Part shown: positions 39,400 to 53,057 of the stretch, piece by piece
Position numbering within the stretch: the stretch's first letter is position 1
How the letters are laid out: every line of letters starts with the position of its first letter
Assembly: GCA_951406725.2 (NCBI GenBank)
Contig: OX597817.1
Span: forward strand, 103,044,001 to 103,108,000
DNA from: Octopus vulgaris
Lineage: Eukaryota
Direction of reading: 5' to 3'
Length of the DNA: 64,000 nucleotides
The notes under the pieces: generated by a model
What the model was told of the DNA's origin: nothing
Database searches by the model: none
The model's input: the letters and a program-made list of their open reading frames with translations, nothing else
Position numbers and translations under genes: made by a program

Positions 39400-40900
39400 A
39401 ATTGTAGAGGAGCCATCATGGAATATTGTCAGTATTTAAATATGCCCATAAAGTCAGTGATATTGCAGTTAAGACAAGCTATAAGCTGTCACAGAAACCA
39501 TTATCAGAAGGGAATTTTATAAAGAAATTTAGGTTGATAGCTGCAAAAGATTTTGCTAAAAAAAAAGGTCAAACCTCTTGTGTCTCAAGAAACAGTTACA
39601 GAAAGAATTGGTGACTTATGGAAGAATCTTAATAGGAAACTCAAAGATATTACTTAACATTTTCCATTGCAAATGATGACATGGGTAAATGATGTTTACA
39701 TACATGATATGGATAAAAATATGCATGTATCATGTGAATTTGTAGAACTGGTACTAATGAAGGAATATCAAGAATGGATTTTATTAGTTTCACAGGGGTA
39801 TGCAAAGTATGAGTCTCATACAGTTGGAGCGCTGCAAATGATTGATAGAAAATTTGGCTGCAAAATTAAAATAACTGCTAGCTGTGAACTTAAACTATCA
39901 ATTTCATTATGTCCATTCCATCATTTGGGGTTGTGCAGTAAAATACTGAAGTGTAATGCTATGGGTGTTATAAAGTCTGAACCACAGAGTTCAGCTGTTT
40001 TTACAAGTCACAATGTAGACTAGACTGCCATAACATAATGAACTTTGTTGGTTAAGGTGGGGAGTTGTACTAAAGTGATTTTATGAATTGTCATGTGAAA
40101 TAGATATTTCTGCAACAGAAAAGAAGGGATATGCTAGAAACTGAAAAATAGTCAAACAATTCAATGTCTAGTTTACATGGTAGTTAGAGCATTTAAATTA
40201 CTTGAATACATAGCCTCAAGGACAATATATTAGAAATAAATTTATATGACTTTACTTGTGCCTTTGAGATAAAACTTAACCTTTTTGACTATCAACTATT
40301 AAATGGTAATATACATTTCCCTACTTTAAAGTCACTGCAAAATGTTTCATATTAATATTGAAAACTAATCAAAATTTTAAAGTTAATGAATGAGTTCCAA
40401 AGACTTGCTAACTTCAAAAACTTCAATAATGATTTTTCAGTTTACTGGGACTCATTTTGTTAGAAATAATATAGCATAAGAACAAGACAGCTTGCTGGCA
40501 GAATTGTTAGGACGCTGAGCAAAATGCTTAGCAGTGTTTTATCTACCTTTACAATCTGAGTTCAACTTTTCCTTTCATCCTTTCAGGGTTGATGAAAAAA
40601 TACCAGTTGGGCAGTGAAGTCAAAGTAATTGACTTACCTCTCCTCTGAAATTGCTGGCCTTGAACTAAAATTAGAAACCAATATGGTACGAGAATATTTC
40701 CAGTGAGAATTAAATGACTGCCAGTGTAATTCTGCATTACAGTTTCCAAGTGTCTATTTGAGCAAATTATCCTATGATTAAATGTTTGGCCACAAAGGTT
40801 ATGCTACTATTCAGAAGCACATGTGAAGTCTCAACTTCAGATTAGATACACATCTCAATTCAATACTGAAATAAAGCACAAACTTTGGTATCAAAATCTG
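39400..40900 (+). mobile_element. Highly decayed hAT Charlie/Buster (GTF2IRD2-like) transposase
   Basis: AVKTSYKLSQKPLSEGNFIK and SRNTVT.RI-like motifs; interrupted by a SINE at ~40488. Confidence 0.6.
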
Positions 40901-43900
40901 ATGTAGTGTTCTGTGCAAAGACATGCCAACTACCAACAAGCAGTGATACAGGATGTATAACTAAGGTAATTAAATATGTGATTTTGTTTGCGTATTTGCT
41001 TGATTATTTGTAAGAGCTTCATATAGGCATTTATATTACCAACCAAACATATGAACACATTTCTCATGCACTTCAAGACCAGTTTTGAAACCTATATTTA
41101 GAAAGCTGAACACTATACAGGTATTCTTTTGAAAAAGCAAACATTTTGGGCTGTGGCCAATACCTGCAGAATTGAGGCATGTTTGACCTAATTACAGGTT
41201 TAAAAATTGGTCTGAAAATGTTGATCTATAACTTCAGTATATACAGTAGTTATCTGGCCTGCATACAGTGTAGTCAACTTATATTTGTTTCATCATAAAG
41301 AGTATGATATTGCATTCTAGAGTTGGTAAAACTAGTTACATTGGAAGTTTATTCATTTGACTTGAAATTAAAAAAAAAAAATTCACTATTTACTTAAGAT
41401 AATTCAACAGCTGCTTCACTTATAGACAACTGATTCAATCTTGATATTTTGCTCTTACTATGCAAATAAGTTTGATATAGATAAAACAATTCTGTCACAT
41501 ATATTTCCATCCAACCCATGCTAGCATGGAAAACGGATGTTAAACGATGATGATATGACCAATAATATTTGGAGCAGTTCTTTTTATTTTTTATATTGAG
41601 CCAAAACCATCTCTTAATTGAAGATGATGGGATGTGATTTGAAGGAGATTTGGTCACTACTTTTAACATGCTGAGTGGTGCACTCTTTGTTGGCTTGGTA
41701 AACCTGATTAGTGTGAGACAACAGATTCCTTAGGGAAAGATTTCACAGTCAAACAAAAGGATCATTTAAATAACGAAGTAGAATAAAAACTTTCTCAATA
41801 GTTTATGCTGGCATTTAGAACAAAATATATCAACAGCACATTAAGGAATTTGTAAGTTTTTATTTTCTGATTTACACTGAATATTGCCCTAAACATAGTT
41901 AAAACAAGAACCAGGTTAACATCTCTTCCAATGAGATAAGTATGATTTTTATAATGAGTGATACAATTACAACAATGAAGCACATATGCTCCATTCACAG
42001 TTAATTGCTATACTTACATTGTTTGCAAGCAAGAATGATTCAAAACATTTTCTTGAATTATGAAGGATGACCAGAAGCTGCATGGAGTAAATTTAGAAAA
42101 ATACTATCATGGTATAAATATTTACAAAAGACATGATCTGTGATGTAAAAAAAAAAAAATTAAGTTATATGTTTTGTTGAATATATTTTAACAGATATGT
42201 ATTTTGTGTAATATTTTAAGCTGAAAAACACTGACTTTGCTTCAAAATTTAGCAGCATCTTTGAAATCTTAAAATAAAAAAAGTATGAATCAAGTTTTAC
42301 ATGATAAATGAAATTTTTTACAGATTATCTTTAAAATGTATAAATTTATTCAGCAGCTTTCAATCATCAACCAACACTTGAATATCTATTATGAAATCTC
42401 CAACTGGGATTATGATGGTCCTATTTTGACAGCTTAGCTTTCATTAGAGCCTCATAAAATCAATTCTACTGTTTGTTAATCCTACATATGTCTAATGAGT
42501 ATCATGGTGCCTGTTGTATTGCCAATCAATATTCTAAGCATCGTAAGGTTTCTGGAGTTCTGTGAAGAAAATCAATTCAGTGTCTGTAATACAAACCTCT
42601 GAGAGCAAGCCAAAAAACAGGTTTTTCACCAATTAGGTGAGAATGAGATCTTGATTAATATTCTTCTGATTAAGGGTTTGACAATTATGAACTAATTTTT
42701 TTTCTTTTTCTTATCTGGAAAGGAATGTGCCTCAAATCAGAATAATGCTAGATGAGTTCAAACTAAAACAAGATAAGCACAGCTTTTTATATAAAGAAAG
42801 ACAGCTGAATGGACAGAAAATTACTCATAGTTGGATACTGCAAAGTATGAAGCTAAAATGAGTGATATGTTTAGGTCTGTATTGTGAGGAATCCTGATTA
42901 GGATGGAAAAAAAAATTTGTTCCCAGAGACAAAGAAAAGAAAGTGGCATGCAAGTGTCACCATGCAAAATTGCTGAAAAAGGAATATAAATGGAATATGG
43001 TCAGCAACAGAGATCAGTTGAGCAATTTATGACATAAGGAGAACTTAAGATCTTCCATGATAGTTACTGAAACTTTCAAAATATGTTTGTGTCACAGTAG
43101 TAATTTACTTTGAGAATGAAGGCTTTGCAACCAAGCAATCAACTCTATCTCAGGCTAGAGTTAAAAGACTGACAGGCAGCAAATTAATTATTTCATACAA
43201 GAGATCACAAAATTCCAATCATAATCAAGAGTGTAACATTTTTTGACATTCAGAAAATGTACAGGAGCACAATACTGTGTATTCAGGAAGTGTAGTGAGA
43301 TTTTAGCAGAAATTGACATCATAAAATTAATAGTGTAAGTGAAAAGAACATAAAGAAAATGACAGTATGAGCAGCTACGATGCACTGAGGACTGTGAATA
43401 GTTTAAATTGTTTGCTGGAAGTTATAGATAAGTTCTGCTAACTAGATGATATAATTAGAGCTACATGTAGAGTCAATGGCAGCATGGTGATTGGAATTTG
43501 GAAGTAGAGAGATTAGAGAAGGCATATCTGTTGGTAATAAAGGTTTCTACTCACTGTATGAGAGCAAGGCTATATCAAGCTTGTATAAAAGATGTATAGC
43601 AGTGAAAGCAGAGAAACTACAGTGACGAGAGAGAAATGATTGATTGTAATCTAGTGGAAGTACAAAAAACATGAAGTGAGAAAATAACTGCATATCAAAG
43701 CATAGGTCAATACTAATGTAACTGACTGATGCTTGCTGAGTGAAAGAGTGAAGTGATGGTGGAGAATATTCATTTTAGAATCAAACCAAGGAAGACTTGA
43801 GAATTAGTTAGGCTACACCTGAGGAGCCTCACAGAAATGAGACAAATAGAAAAATATATTGCAAACCCATTTAACCCATGCAACATGAAAAAAAAAATAT

Positions 43901-44847
43901 ATATTAAAATAAATAATTAAAAAGCAAAACAAAACAATGAGAACAGGGTACTTATTTCTCCTTTTGTAAACCAGAAAACCTGAAACATCACAAAAGCATC
44001 CTGCAAGCTGTTTTGAGTCAAACACAAGTAAACAGTAAGGAACCAGTAAGATTTTGTTTCACAAGCAGAATTCTTTCAATGTATGAAATCCCGAATCTGT
44101 TTCACATATCGCATCTGAATGAAGGTGAAGACATGTAATTGATGAAATTTAAAAGACAGCTTAATATAAATAATATAGCCAATATTTTTACAATGATATT
44201 GTTGTGGTTGTTTAGCTCAGGTCAGCCTAAACTGAGCAAATAGATCTGTGATCAAAAGCATTCTAATTGTGACCATCCCATCTTTTTTTTTTACTTCAGA
44301 TGTAGTGTGTATTTAATGTGCTTTTTGCTTTTAAGAAGGTATAGTATGCAATTTGATGGAAATTTGGCTGTTTTTTCTAGTAATTCAAGTAGCTAGAAAA
44401 CAGCTGCCTTCATAATAACTGACAAGCTCCTTTGCTCAGTATAAGCCTCTGAATATTCACTGAGATTGAAGATTTGATTCAAAGTTAGTGGGTTTCTTTT
44501 TAAACTTAAAACTTCTTTGAACATTTTCCTATGATTCAGTATTTTTCAGATTTTCAAGTGTTAATATTGTATTTAGTATCTATAATTAGTGAGGTTTTCC
44601 TCTTCAACTGAAAAATATATTTCTATTATAAAAAAACATACTATCACAGAAAAAGTCATTAAGAACTCTAAAGACATTCATGAACTAATCTAACAATTAC
44701 AATACACTTAGAAAAAATTTTTTTACATAAACAAAATCTAATAATTTGGTAAGAAGGTAATTTGAAAAAAACATAACTTCTTTTCCTTTTTAAACATATT
44801 TATGTTTAGTTTCATTCTGCATAAAAAAAAAAAAAAAAATCATATAG

Positions 44848-45932
44848 TCAAGTTACTTTGAAATAGTTCCCTTGAGATTCCACACATAATTCCATATGTT
44901 TAAACCAGCTTTCAAAGCATTCAATCCAATCTTGAGGGGTTAGCAACATAGTAGCTTGAATAAATGCACTAAGAGCATCTCCAGGCTTGTTAAATTTAAT
45001 TCCAATAAGATCTTTTTTCACTTTAGGATATACAAAATAATCCCAAGGAGATAAATCAGGACTGTGAGCAGGATGTGTAATTAATTGAATGCTATTCTCA
45101 GCAAGACAGTCCATAGTCACTGCAGCAGTAAGAACATTTATATTACTATGATGGAGAAGAATACCTTGGAGTCCAGAATCTTTTCTTACTTCTTTGATCT
45201 TTTCAAATAATTCAGGTAAACATTTTGTTAAATACCAACTAGGATTAACTTTGGATTTGTCTTTGAGTAAAATAGTAGCAAGGTTACCAGATTTACTAAA
45301 AAAATTTACAATTGTTTTTTTTTGTACATTTGGTGGATGTTTCCATTTAAGATAGTAATCTTCATCGAGGAAAGTCCATACTGTAGATGGCTTTTTAGAT
45401 TCAGTATATTGATAAAGTTGGAATTCAACTCCAAGAACAATATTTTCAATTTTCTGATGTGCTCCATTTTGAAACTTTTTTAGCATAAACTCACACCATT
45501 CCATTCTGGCCAACTTCTGCTCTTCACTTAAGATTTGAGGAACCCAGCACATATTTAGTTTGCGAACATATAAATAATCATGAAGGATTGATCGAACACT
45601 TTCTGATCCAATATTCAATACACTTTCTAACTCTTTATAAGTCACTCTAGAATCTTCTTTTAATAACAGTTTAACTGCTTCAATGTTTTGAGGTGTGACA
45701 GTTGTGTTAAGAATTTCGCTATCCGCACATTCATTAGTTTGTTCAAATTCTTTAAACCAAAATTCAACAGTACAATATGGGGGGCTTTGGTCTTGAAATA
45801 CTTCATGAAGTACCTCTTGGGATTCAGCAACAGTTTTTCCCTCACAGTAATGTAAGAATATCATGTCTCGAAAGTCTCGATTTTGCAGTTTCATAGAAAA
45901 CACTTGCCTCTGCAGCCTAATTTTATCAAGTT
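44848..45932 (-). CDS. Mariner (DD34D)-derived, catalytically dead transposase-like protein; main coding exon of a putative domesticated gene
   Basis: Stop-free 361 codons collinear with a full mariner transposase (two HTHs, WVPQIL, HPAHSPDLSPWD, C-terminal WF..M..CV...G.YF); triad reads V/S/34/D; T-rich ...ttttccag acceptor at 45933-45934. Confidence 0.85.
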
Positions 45933-46273
45933 CTGGAAAAAAAAAAGACATCACAAAAGAACTCTTAAAATGTGTCTTTAAAAAATTCTTAAAATAAATA
46001 TTTATATACATATAATCGAGAACAAAACAATACAGAAAAATAATTCTTACTTTAAGAATAAATAGTGAAGCAGTAGAAATTAAAATAGAGAAAATATTTT
46101 ACACATTGAGGAAGAAATGTAACTTTTTGAGTGGGGCCCCTTCCATGAAGAAAATGTTTCTTTTCATCAGAATTCCATACATTTTAATAATATAAAGTCT
46201 CTAACAAATCTTGTGCTTCACAAATTTTTTACTAATTTATGGAATTTAATATATATGCATACATATCCATGTT

Positions 46274-46314
<41 letters not shown>

Positions 46315-46341
46315 AATAATTACTGTGAAGCATTGTGTAGA

Positions 46342-46674
46342 ATATATTGTATAAAAGATTGTGGGTAAGGCCAAAACAATGCAAAGTAAATCATAAGAAA
46401 CAAATATGTGAATTAATGTAGACTTATCATGTATTCAATATTTTGGGGTTATGACCAAAATTTTCAAGAAATTGACAAATGTTGCTGATGTGCGTGAGCG
46501 CTCACACACACACATATTGGCAACATTTGTCAATTTCCTGAAAATGGGGTCATAACCCCGAAATACTGAATATAAGGTAAGTCTACTTTAATTCACATAT
46601 TAGTTTTCTTGTGATTTATCTAGCATTTACTTCGCATTGTTTTGGCCTTACCCACAATCTTTTATACAATATAT
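46342..46674. repeat. Fold-back inverted repeat (arms 46342-46491 / 46511-46674)
   Basis: TATTGTATAAAAGATTGTGGGTAAGGCCAAAACAATGC vs GCATTGTTTTGGCCTTACCCACAATCTTTTATACAATA. Confidence 0.92.
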
Positions 46675-46870
46675 ATATATATGCACATCTATATACTCAT
46701 ACTAACCACTACACAAAAGCAACATCACAACACTGATTGTCCAAATCACAAGACAAGATTTAACTGAAGTACCTTAGATTACATATACCAGTAACCTTTC
46801 AACAGGGAGCCTAGTTAACAGAGCAGTAATGTATGGTATTGTATATTTTAATGAAGAAAATGGAAAAATG

Positions 46871-46901
<31 letters not shown>

Positions 46902-46989
46902 ACATTTTATGTGTGTGTGTATGGTGTACTGTTCTGTGATAGTAAGACCACAAAAAAAGTACTCTACCTGGTAAGAGATAAATATTATT

Positions 46990-48720
46990 TAATAAACAAT
47001 GTTTTTATGTGCTACTATTAGTTTCATGTGATGAGAACATGCCAGACAGTATTTTTTTTAACACATCTGGTGTCCTAGCACTGGGACAATAGGATGAAAG
47101 AAAAAGTGAGAAACGGCGAGAAAGAAGTTAGAAAGTTGAAAAATTGGAAAACAAAGAAGCAAAAGAGAGGGGGATCAGAGTACTCTTCCCTTTGACTGTA
47201 AAATATAAGTTTGATAAGATAGCAGCTTAGAGTCTGTGGTACACCTGTTCAAACCAGAAAGGGCGGCACTTTCCAATTCATCAACAGGAACTTAGCCATA
47301 TGCTTACAACTACTGAAAATTTTGGATCTAGAATTCAATAGTGTGTTAGTGTTTTTAGATCCTAGTTCTTTCAGCTATGCATAGCTTACATTTTTTGATC
47401 TGTTAACATATGGCGTGGATTTTTCAACTTCAAACCCCATATGTTGCTAGCTTTACTTTTTTTTATGTCCTTGTGTCAGAAGGAAGATATGTGATTAGCA
47501 TAGTGATTTCTGAATTTGCCTTCAGTCTGATATAGCTCTTCTTAAAGATTGTGTTATGATATTGCATTGCTGTAACTTCTGCCTCATATATGACAGATTT
47601 AATCATATATCTCTGGTTGAGTGGACAGGTTCCTGGGTCTCGAAAGTTACAACTGGGAGAGGGATCTTGGTGTTGTTCTCATGTAATGATGCTTTTCATA
47701 TTGGGGCAGCAGCTATATAATTTCACTGTATGCCTGTTAAATATTTTCCCATACCTGTGATTTTCTGGAAAATGTTTTGTCTAGGAGAGACAAGAATCTT
47801 TTACCTGTGTTAGTTTTTACATTAATGGAGGGGGGGATTTTCTTAGGTCATATTATTATCATTCCTATTAATATTAGATGGGTTATTAATTCATCCTTAA
47901 AGTCACTGTTAGTTAGGGCACTGTTGTAGTAGGTGGCTGCCTTCTTGAAAATTTCTTTAGAGGAACAAAGGTTAGAAATTCTGTTACTAATGTTAGCTAT
48001 TAGATTTTAAGATTCTACAGGGTGACAAGGCTATGTATATAAAAAAGTTTCTCATTGGGCATATGATAAGGTTTATAAGAGGAGTTCAGGACTAATGAAA
48101 CATCTAAAAAATCAACTTTAGACTGATTAGTAGCAACTGTGATTTTAAGGCCTAATTGACTGAAGGTTGAAGTAAGTTGACTCCTAAATTTATCTAGGGT
48201 GTGATCATTACAGCCATGGGAAATACCCAATTTGTCATCTCAGTATAGACCAACATCATTAGATCTCAATGTGTTTAATACAGAGACCCACAAGATCACA
48301 GACATCAGCACTATTACATAATTCCATTGATACATCAAACAATTCATCATTATCTAACATTTTTATCCATGCTGAGCTCTTACTAAACAGTAGTGTTTTC
48401 CTCACATGATGATAAAGCTTAGGTTTACAGGGTCTATATCAACATGATTTAGCAAACTTGATGGCTTTATCAAGTAGCAATCTTGGTATGGAGGGATAAC
48501 ACTATGTCAAACTGAGTAAAACTAGCCCTATGCTTATTCTTAATGTTCTTGAACCAAACTATTACAGTAAAACTTGGTCTCTTTAATTTTATTTTTAATG
48601 TTTCTTAGTATTTTTTTTTAACTACTAGCCCAATTTTAGTTCCTGCTGGGTTTAACAATCTACATGGCATACTCTCATCACATGAAACTAATAATAGTAG
48701 CATATAAAAACATATATTGT
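46990..48720 (-). mobile_element. Decayed 5'-truncated Penelope-like element (RT + GIY-YIG) with inverted pLTR copy
   Basis: LGLKITV...VDFLDVSL..YKPYHMPN...YIHS RT motif; Cys-rich linker and SYI..EG.F..HYANH endonuclease remnant; 48660-48715 is the inverse of 46995-47045. Confidence 0.8.
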
Positions 48721-48729
48721 CTTTATTAA

Positions 48730-48948
48730 CCCTTTTGATACCAACCCACCTGAAACCGCTTCTGGCTCTGTAGTACAAATGTCTTGTTTTCAAAAGTTCT
48801 GAATTAAAATCTTCCATCAAACCTTAGTCACAATTTATGTTCTTAAAACTATCTTAATGATTAAGTTATTTTACTAAATTCTTTGTTATATTTAAAATTA
48901 ATTGAAAGAAACACAGAGCATCTCAACAGAAATATGGTAACAAAAGGG
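48730..48948. mobile_element. TTAA-flanked piggyBac-type MITE
   Basis: TTAA|CCCTTTTG...CAAAAGGG|TTAA; a second copy lies in inverted orientation at 59653-59874. Confidence 0.85.
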
Positions 48949-48955
48949 TTAAATA

Positions 48956-48990
<35 letters not shown>

Positions 48991-50465
48991 CACACACACA
49001 CAGAAATAATTAAGATTCAGCTGTATTAGTTACTTAAGTTGAAGCACCAAGTCAGTCCGGTATTATCTGCGCAGCTCAAAGTATTCACACACACACACAC
49101 ATATATATTAGTTCAAATGTACAGAAAACAAAAAAAGACCGGTGAGGGAACAACAAGCTGGTGTATTAGTTTGATGCTGTGTAATTAAAACCAGTTTAAC
49201 TTCAAACATAAGTTAAAAATCATTTAATGCTGTGTTTATATGTATGAAAAGTAGAAATATAACAATACTTTTTTCACAGAATAAGTGTTCTTATATTACA
49301 GCTTAGCTGAAATTATATTGGTATTTTAAAGGTGAGTTTGGCATATATAATTTACTTAAACATGTATAACAAACATAATAAAGATGGTTGAGAAGAAGGG
49401 AAAACAAAGAGTCACATGCTGCTTCGAGTCTTTTGTATAAAAGAAGATATAGTTATTTTTGAGTTTTGCAGCTATAGTCCTGGGTTGACCACAGCTTTCT
49501 TGAGTGGATTTGGTAGTTGGAAACTGAAAGAGGAATGTGTGTGTTTGACATCATGTGTAAATGAGTGTCACAGTGATACAATCAGTGTCACTCTTTTCCA
49601 ATATTCTGTGAGAACATGTCTGACCATGAGGAAACATTACCTTGCTTGGAAATGAGTGAAGATTGGTGACAAAATAGGCATCCAGCAATAGAAAATCTGT
49701 CTCAATAAATTGAGAATAGTTGTGTGAAAAAGTGCCACACCCTAGTGTTTGAGGGAACCTGTGGAAGAGATAGACCCAGGAAGACCTGTGATGAGGTGGT
49801 GAAGTATGACCTTCGAACACTAGGCCTCACTGAGGCAATGACTAGTGACTGAGCCTAGTCACTAGCCATTGCCTCGGTGAGCCTTACCCATAAGATTAGT
49901 TGGGAACCGAAGCAACTGAACAAAGCCAGCAAGAAGATATCCCTGGCAAGTGAAAGCAGTATAAGAGGTTGTGGTATATGCTACAAAATGGGTGGCGTTA
50001 GGAAGGATATCCAGTCCTAGAAACTATGCTACAACAGATACTGGAGTGTGATGCAATCCTTGGATCCACCAGAGTTTATTAAATTGTCCACCCAATGCCA
50101 GCATGGAACATGGATGTTAAAATGATGATAGTTTACATGTGTGTGTGTGTGTGCACACACACATAGATCCTTATATACAAACATACATATATATATAAAT
50201 AAGTATATGCATACATAGTGGTCAAGCATCCATCACTGACAAGACCAAGGAAGGTTAAAATCATGTGATCTAAACAAGAGTGCATTTTGCACCAACAGCC
50301 AATAAGACATATACATGTTTAAAGACACATTCATATACATATGTAGATGTATGCATGTGCACCTGAATGCTGTGTATGCTCATGTGCATGTATGTTTCCT
50401 TGCATCCTCATACAGAATGTGTGTGGTTACATGCTCATATAACCCTGCATTCATGCTTGTATATA

Positions 50466-53057
50466 TCATCATCATCATCATCGTTTAACGTCCGCTTTCC
50501 ATGCTAGCATGGGTTGGACGGTTCAACTGGGGTCTGGGGAGCCCGAAGGCTGCACCAGGCCAGTCAGATCTGGCAGTGTTTCTACAGCTGGATGCCCTTC
50601 CTAACGCCAACCACTCCAAGAGTGTAGTGGGTGATTTTATGTGCCACCGACACAGGTGCCAGACGAGGCTGGCGAACGGCCATAATCGGATGGTGTTTGT
50701 TACGTGCCCACAGCACGGAGGCCAGTCGATGTGGTACTGGCTACGGCCACGTTCGGATGGTTTTCTTATGTGCCACCGGCACTGGTACCACAAAGATACA
50801 AATTCCATTGATGTTCATCTATTTTGATTTGGTTTGATTTTCACTTGCCTCAGCAGGTCTTCACAAGTGTCCCAAGAAGGAAGGTATGCACAGGTGGACT
50901 GGCTACGTCACAGGTAGGGGCCATGGGTTATAGCCTCACTAGTCTTGCGGGGTCTTCTCACGCACAGCATACTTCCATAGGTCTCGGTCTCTAGTCATTT
51001 CCTTGGTGAGACCTAAAGTTCGAAGGTCGTGCTTCACCACCTCATCCCAGGTTTTCCTGGGTCTACCTCTTCCACAGGTTCCCTCAACTGCTAGGGTGTA
51101 GCACTTTTGCACACAACTAACTTCAGCCATTCTTGTCACACGACCATACCAGCGCAGACGTCTCTCTTGCACACCACAACTGATGCTTCTTAGGTTCAAC
51201 TTTTCTCTCAAGGTACTTACACTCTGTCGATTATGAACACTGACATTACACATCCATCGGAGCATACTGGCTTCATTTCTTGCGAGCTTACGCATATCCT
51301 CAACAGTCACGGCCCATGTTTCACTACCATGTAGCATGGCTGTATGTACACATGCATCATACAGTCTGCCTTCTACTCTGAGCGAGAGGCCTTTTGTCAC
51401 CAGCAGGGGTAAGAGCTCTCTAAACTTTGCCCAGGCTATTCTTACTCTAGCAGTTACACTTTCAGCACACCCACCCCTACTACTGACTTGGTCACCTAGG
51501 TAGCGGAAGCTATCAACTACTTCTAGTTTGTCTCCCTGGAACGTGGTAGAAGTTGGTCTCTGCACATTTCCAGTGTTTATTGCTCCTGAGCATCTGCCAC
51601 AGACAAAAACTATTTTCCTAGTTAGCCTTCCTTTGACATTGCTGCACCTCTTATGTGTCCATAGCTTACACTTGGTGTACCTTATAGAGTTTCTACCTAC
51701 ACCTTTTTTACAGATCGAGCAGGGCCATCTACCTGAAGTCGTTTGTGATTGGTCCACCTTCCTACTTATTAGGACTTTGGTTTTGGCTAGGTTGATTCTA
51801 AGGCCCTTCGATTCTAATCCTTGTTTCCACACCTGAAACTTCTCCAGTTCTGATAGTGACTCAGCAATTAGAGCAAGGTCATCAGCATAGAGGAGCTCCC
51901 AGGGGCATCTTGTCTTGAATTCCTCCGTTATTGCCTGGAGGACTATGATAAATAGGAGGGGACTAAGGACTAAACCTTGGTGGACCCCAACCTCTACCCG
52001 GAATTCTTCACTGTACTCGTTGCCAACCCTCACCTTACTAGCAGCGTCTCTGTACATGGCTCGCACAGCTCTCACTAACCATTCATCTATCCCTAGTTTC
52101 CTCATTGACCACCAGATAAGGGATCGGGGGACCATGTCAAAGGCTTTCTCCATGTCAACAAAAGCCAGGTACAGGGGCTTATCTTTGGCTAGGTATTTCT
52201 CCTGCAGCTGTCTTACCAGGAATATAGCATCAGTAGTACTTTTCCCTGGCACGAACCCAAACTGCATCTCATCTAAGCTAACTCTCTCTCTAATTAATTG
52301 GGCTATAACCCTCTCCGTAACCTTCATTACCTGATCCAGCAACTTGATACCCCTGTAGTTATTTGTATCTAGAGTGTCACCTTTACCTTTGTAGCAGTTG
52401 ACTATTATGCTGCTACACCAGTCATTGGGTATGACTCCTTCGTGTATCACCTGGTTAACTATACGGGTGACTAGGCTATAGCCAACACTACCAGATATTT
52501 TGAGCATCTCTGCAGTAATTCCTGATGGGCCTGGGGCTTTCCCTGTTTTCATGCTTGTAATTACCTTAACTACTAAGGAACTGTTAACTCGGATTGCTGG
52601 TCCCTCTGTTGGGTCGACATTCGGCAGACTCTCTTTATCCCATTCATTTTCCTCATTCAGCAACCTTTCATAGTGGCGTCTCCAAGCCTCTCTCTTTGCA
52701 TCCTCATTTAGCGCAAGTGAACTGTTATCCTTGCGAACACATTTCTCTCCTATCACGTCACGATTCTCTCTCACACACTGTCTTGCAACACGAAATACCT
52801 CAAGTCTTTCATCCTCACGGCTCAGAACATTGGCAAATTTTTTCTTATCTGCTTCCCCTCTGGCTAGATAGACCTGTCTCCTAGCTTCCCTTCTGGCAGT
52901 CTGATACACTTCCCTGCTACCACCATTCTTCCAAGCCTGTTTCTTTGGTCTAATAGCCCTGTCAACAATATTGTTCCACCACCACGTTATTTTGGGTCTT
53001 AAGGGGACTTTGCACCAGCCACAGATCTGGTCAGCGGCTTTCAGCAGGTTGTCCCTA
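50466..53057 (-). mobile_element. Young 5'-truncated RTE-clade LINE with intact RT ORF (50939-52909), 3' UTR and (GAT)n tail
   Basis: 656-aa ORF: KAPGPSG, NYRGIKLL, QFGFVPG, FVDMEKAFD, GVHQG, LYADD, HGSETW, RRLRWYG, RGRPRKTW; the endonuclease domain is absent. Confidence 0.95.

Noticed and set aside
42400-43830. Possible old minus-strand LINE remnant (also ~18900-19900)
   Set aside because: Only vague compositional and motif hints; too decayed to call by eye.
45933-46011. ORF-track N-terminus MYINIYF...FFFP of the 387-aa ORF
   Set aside because: It reads through an AT-rich intron end and polypyrimidine tract; the acceptor at 45933 explains it better.
44848-46011. Calling this gene SETMAR
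   Set aside because: No SET or pre-SET domain exon is visible; the similarity is limited to the mariner part.
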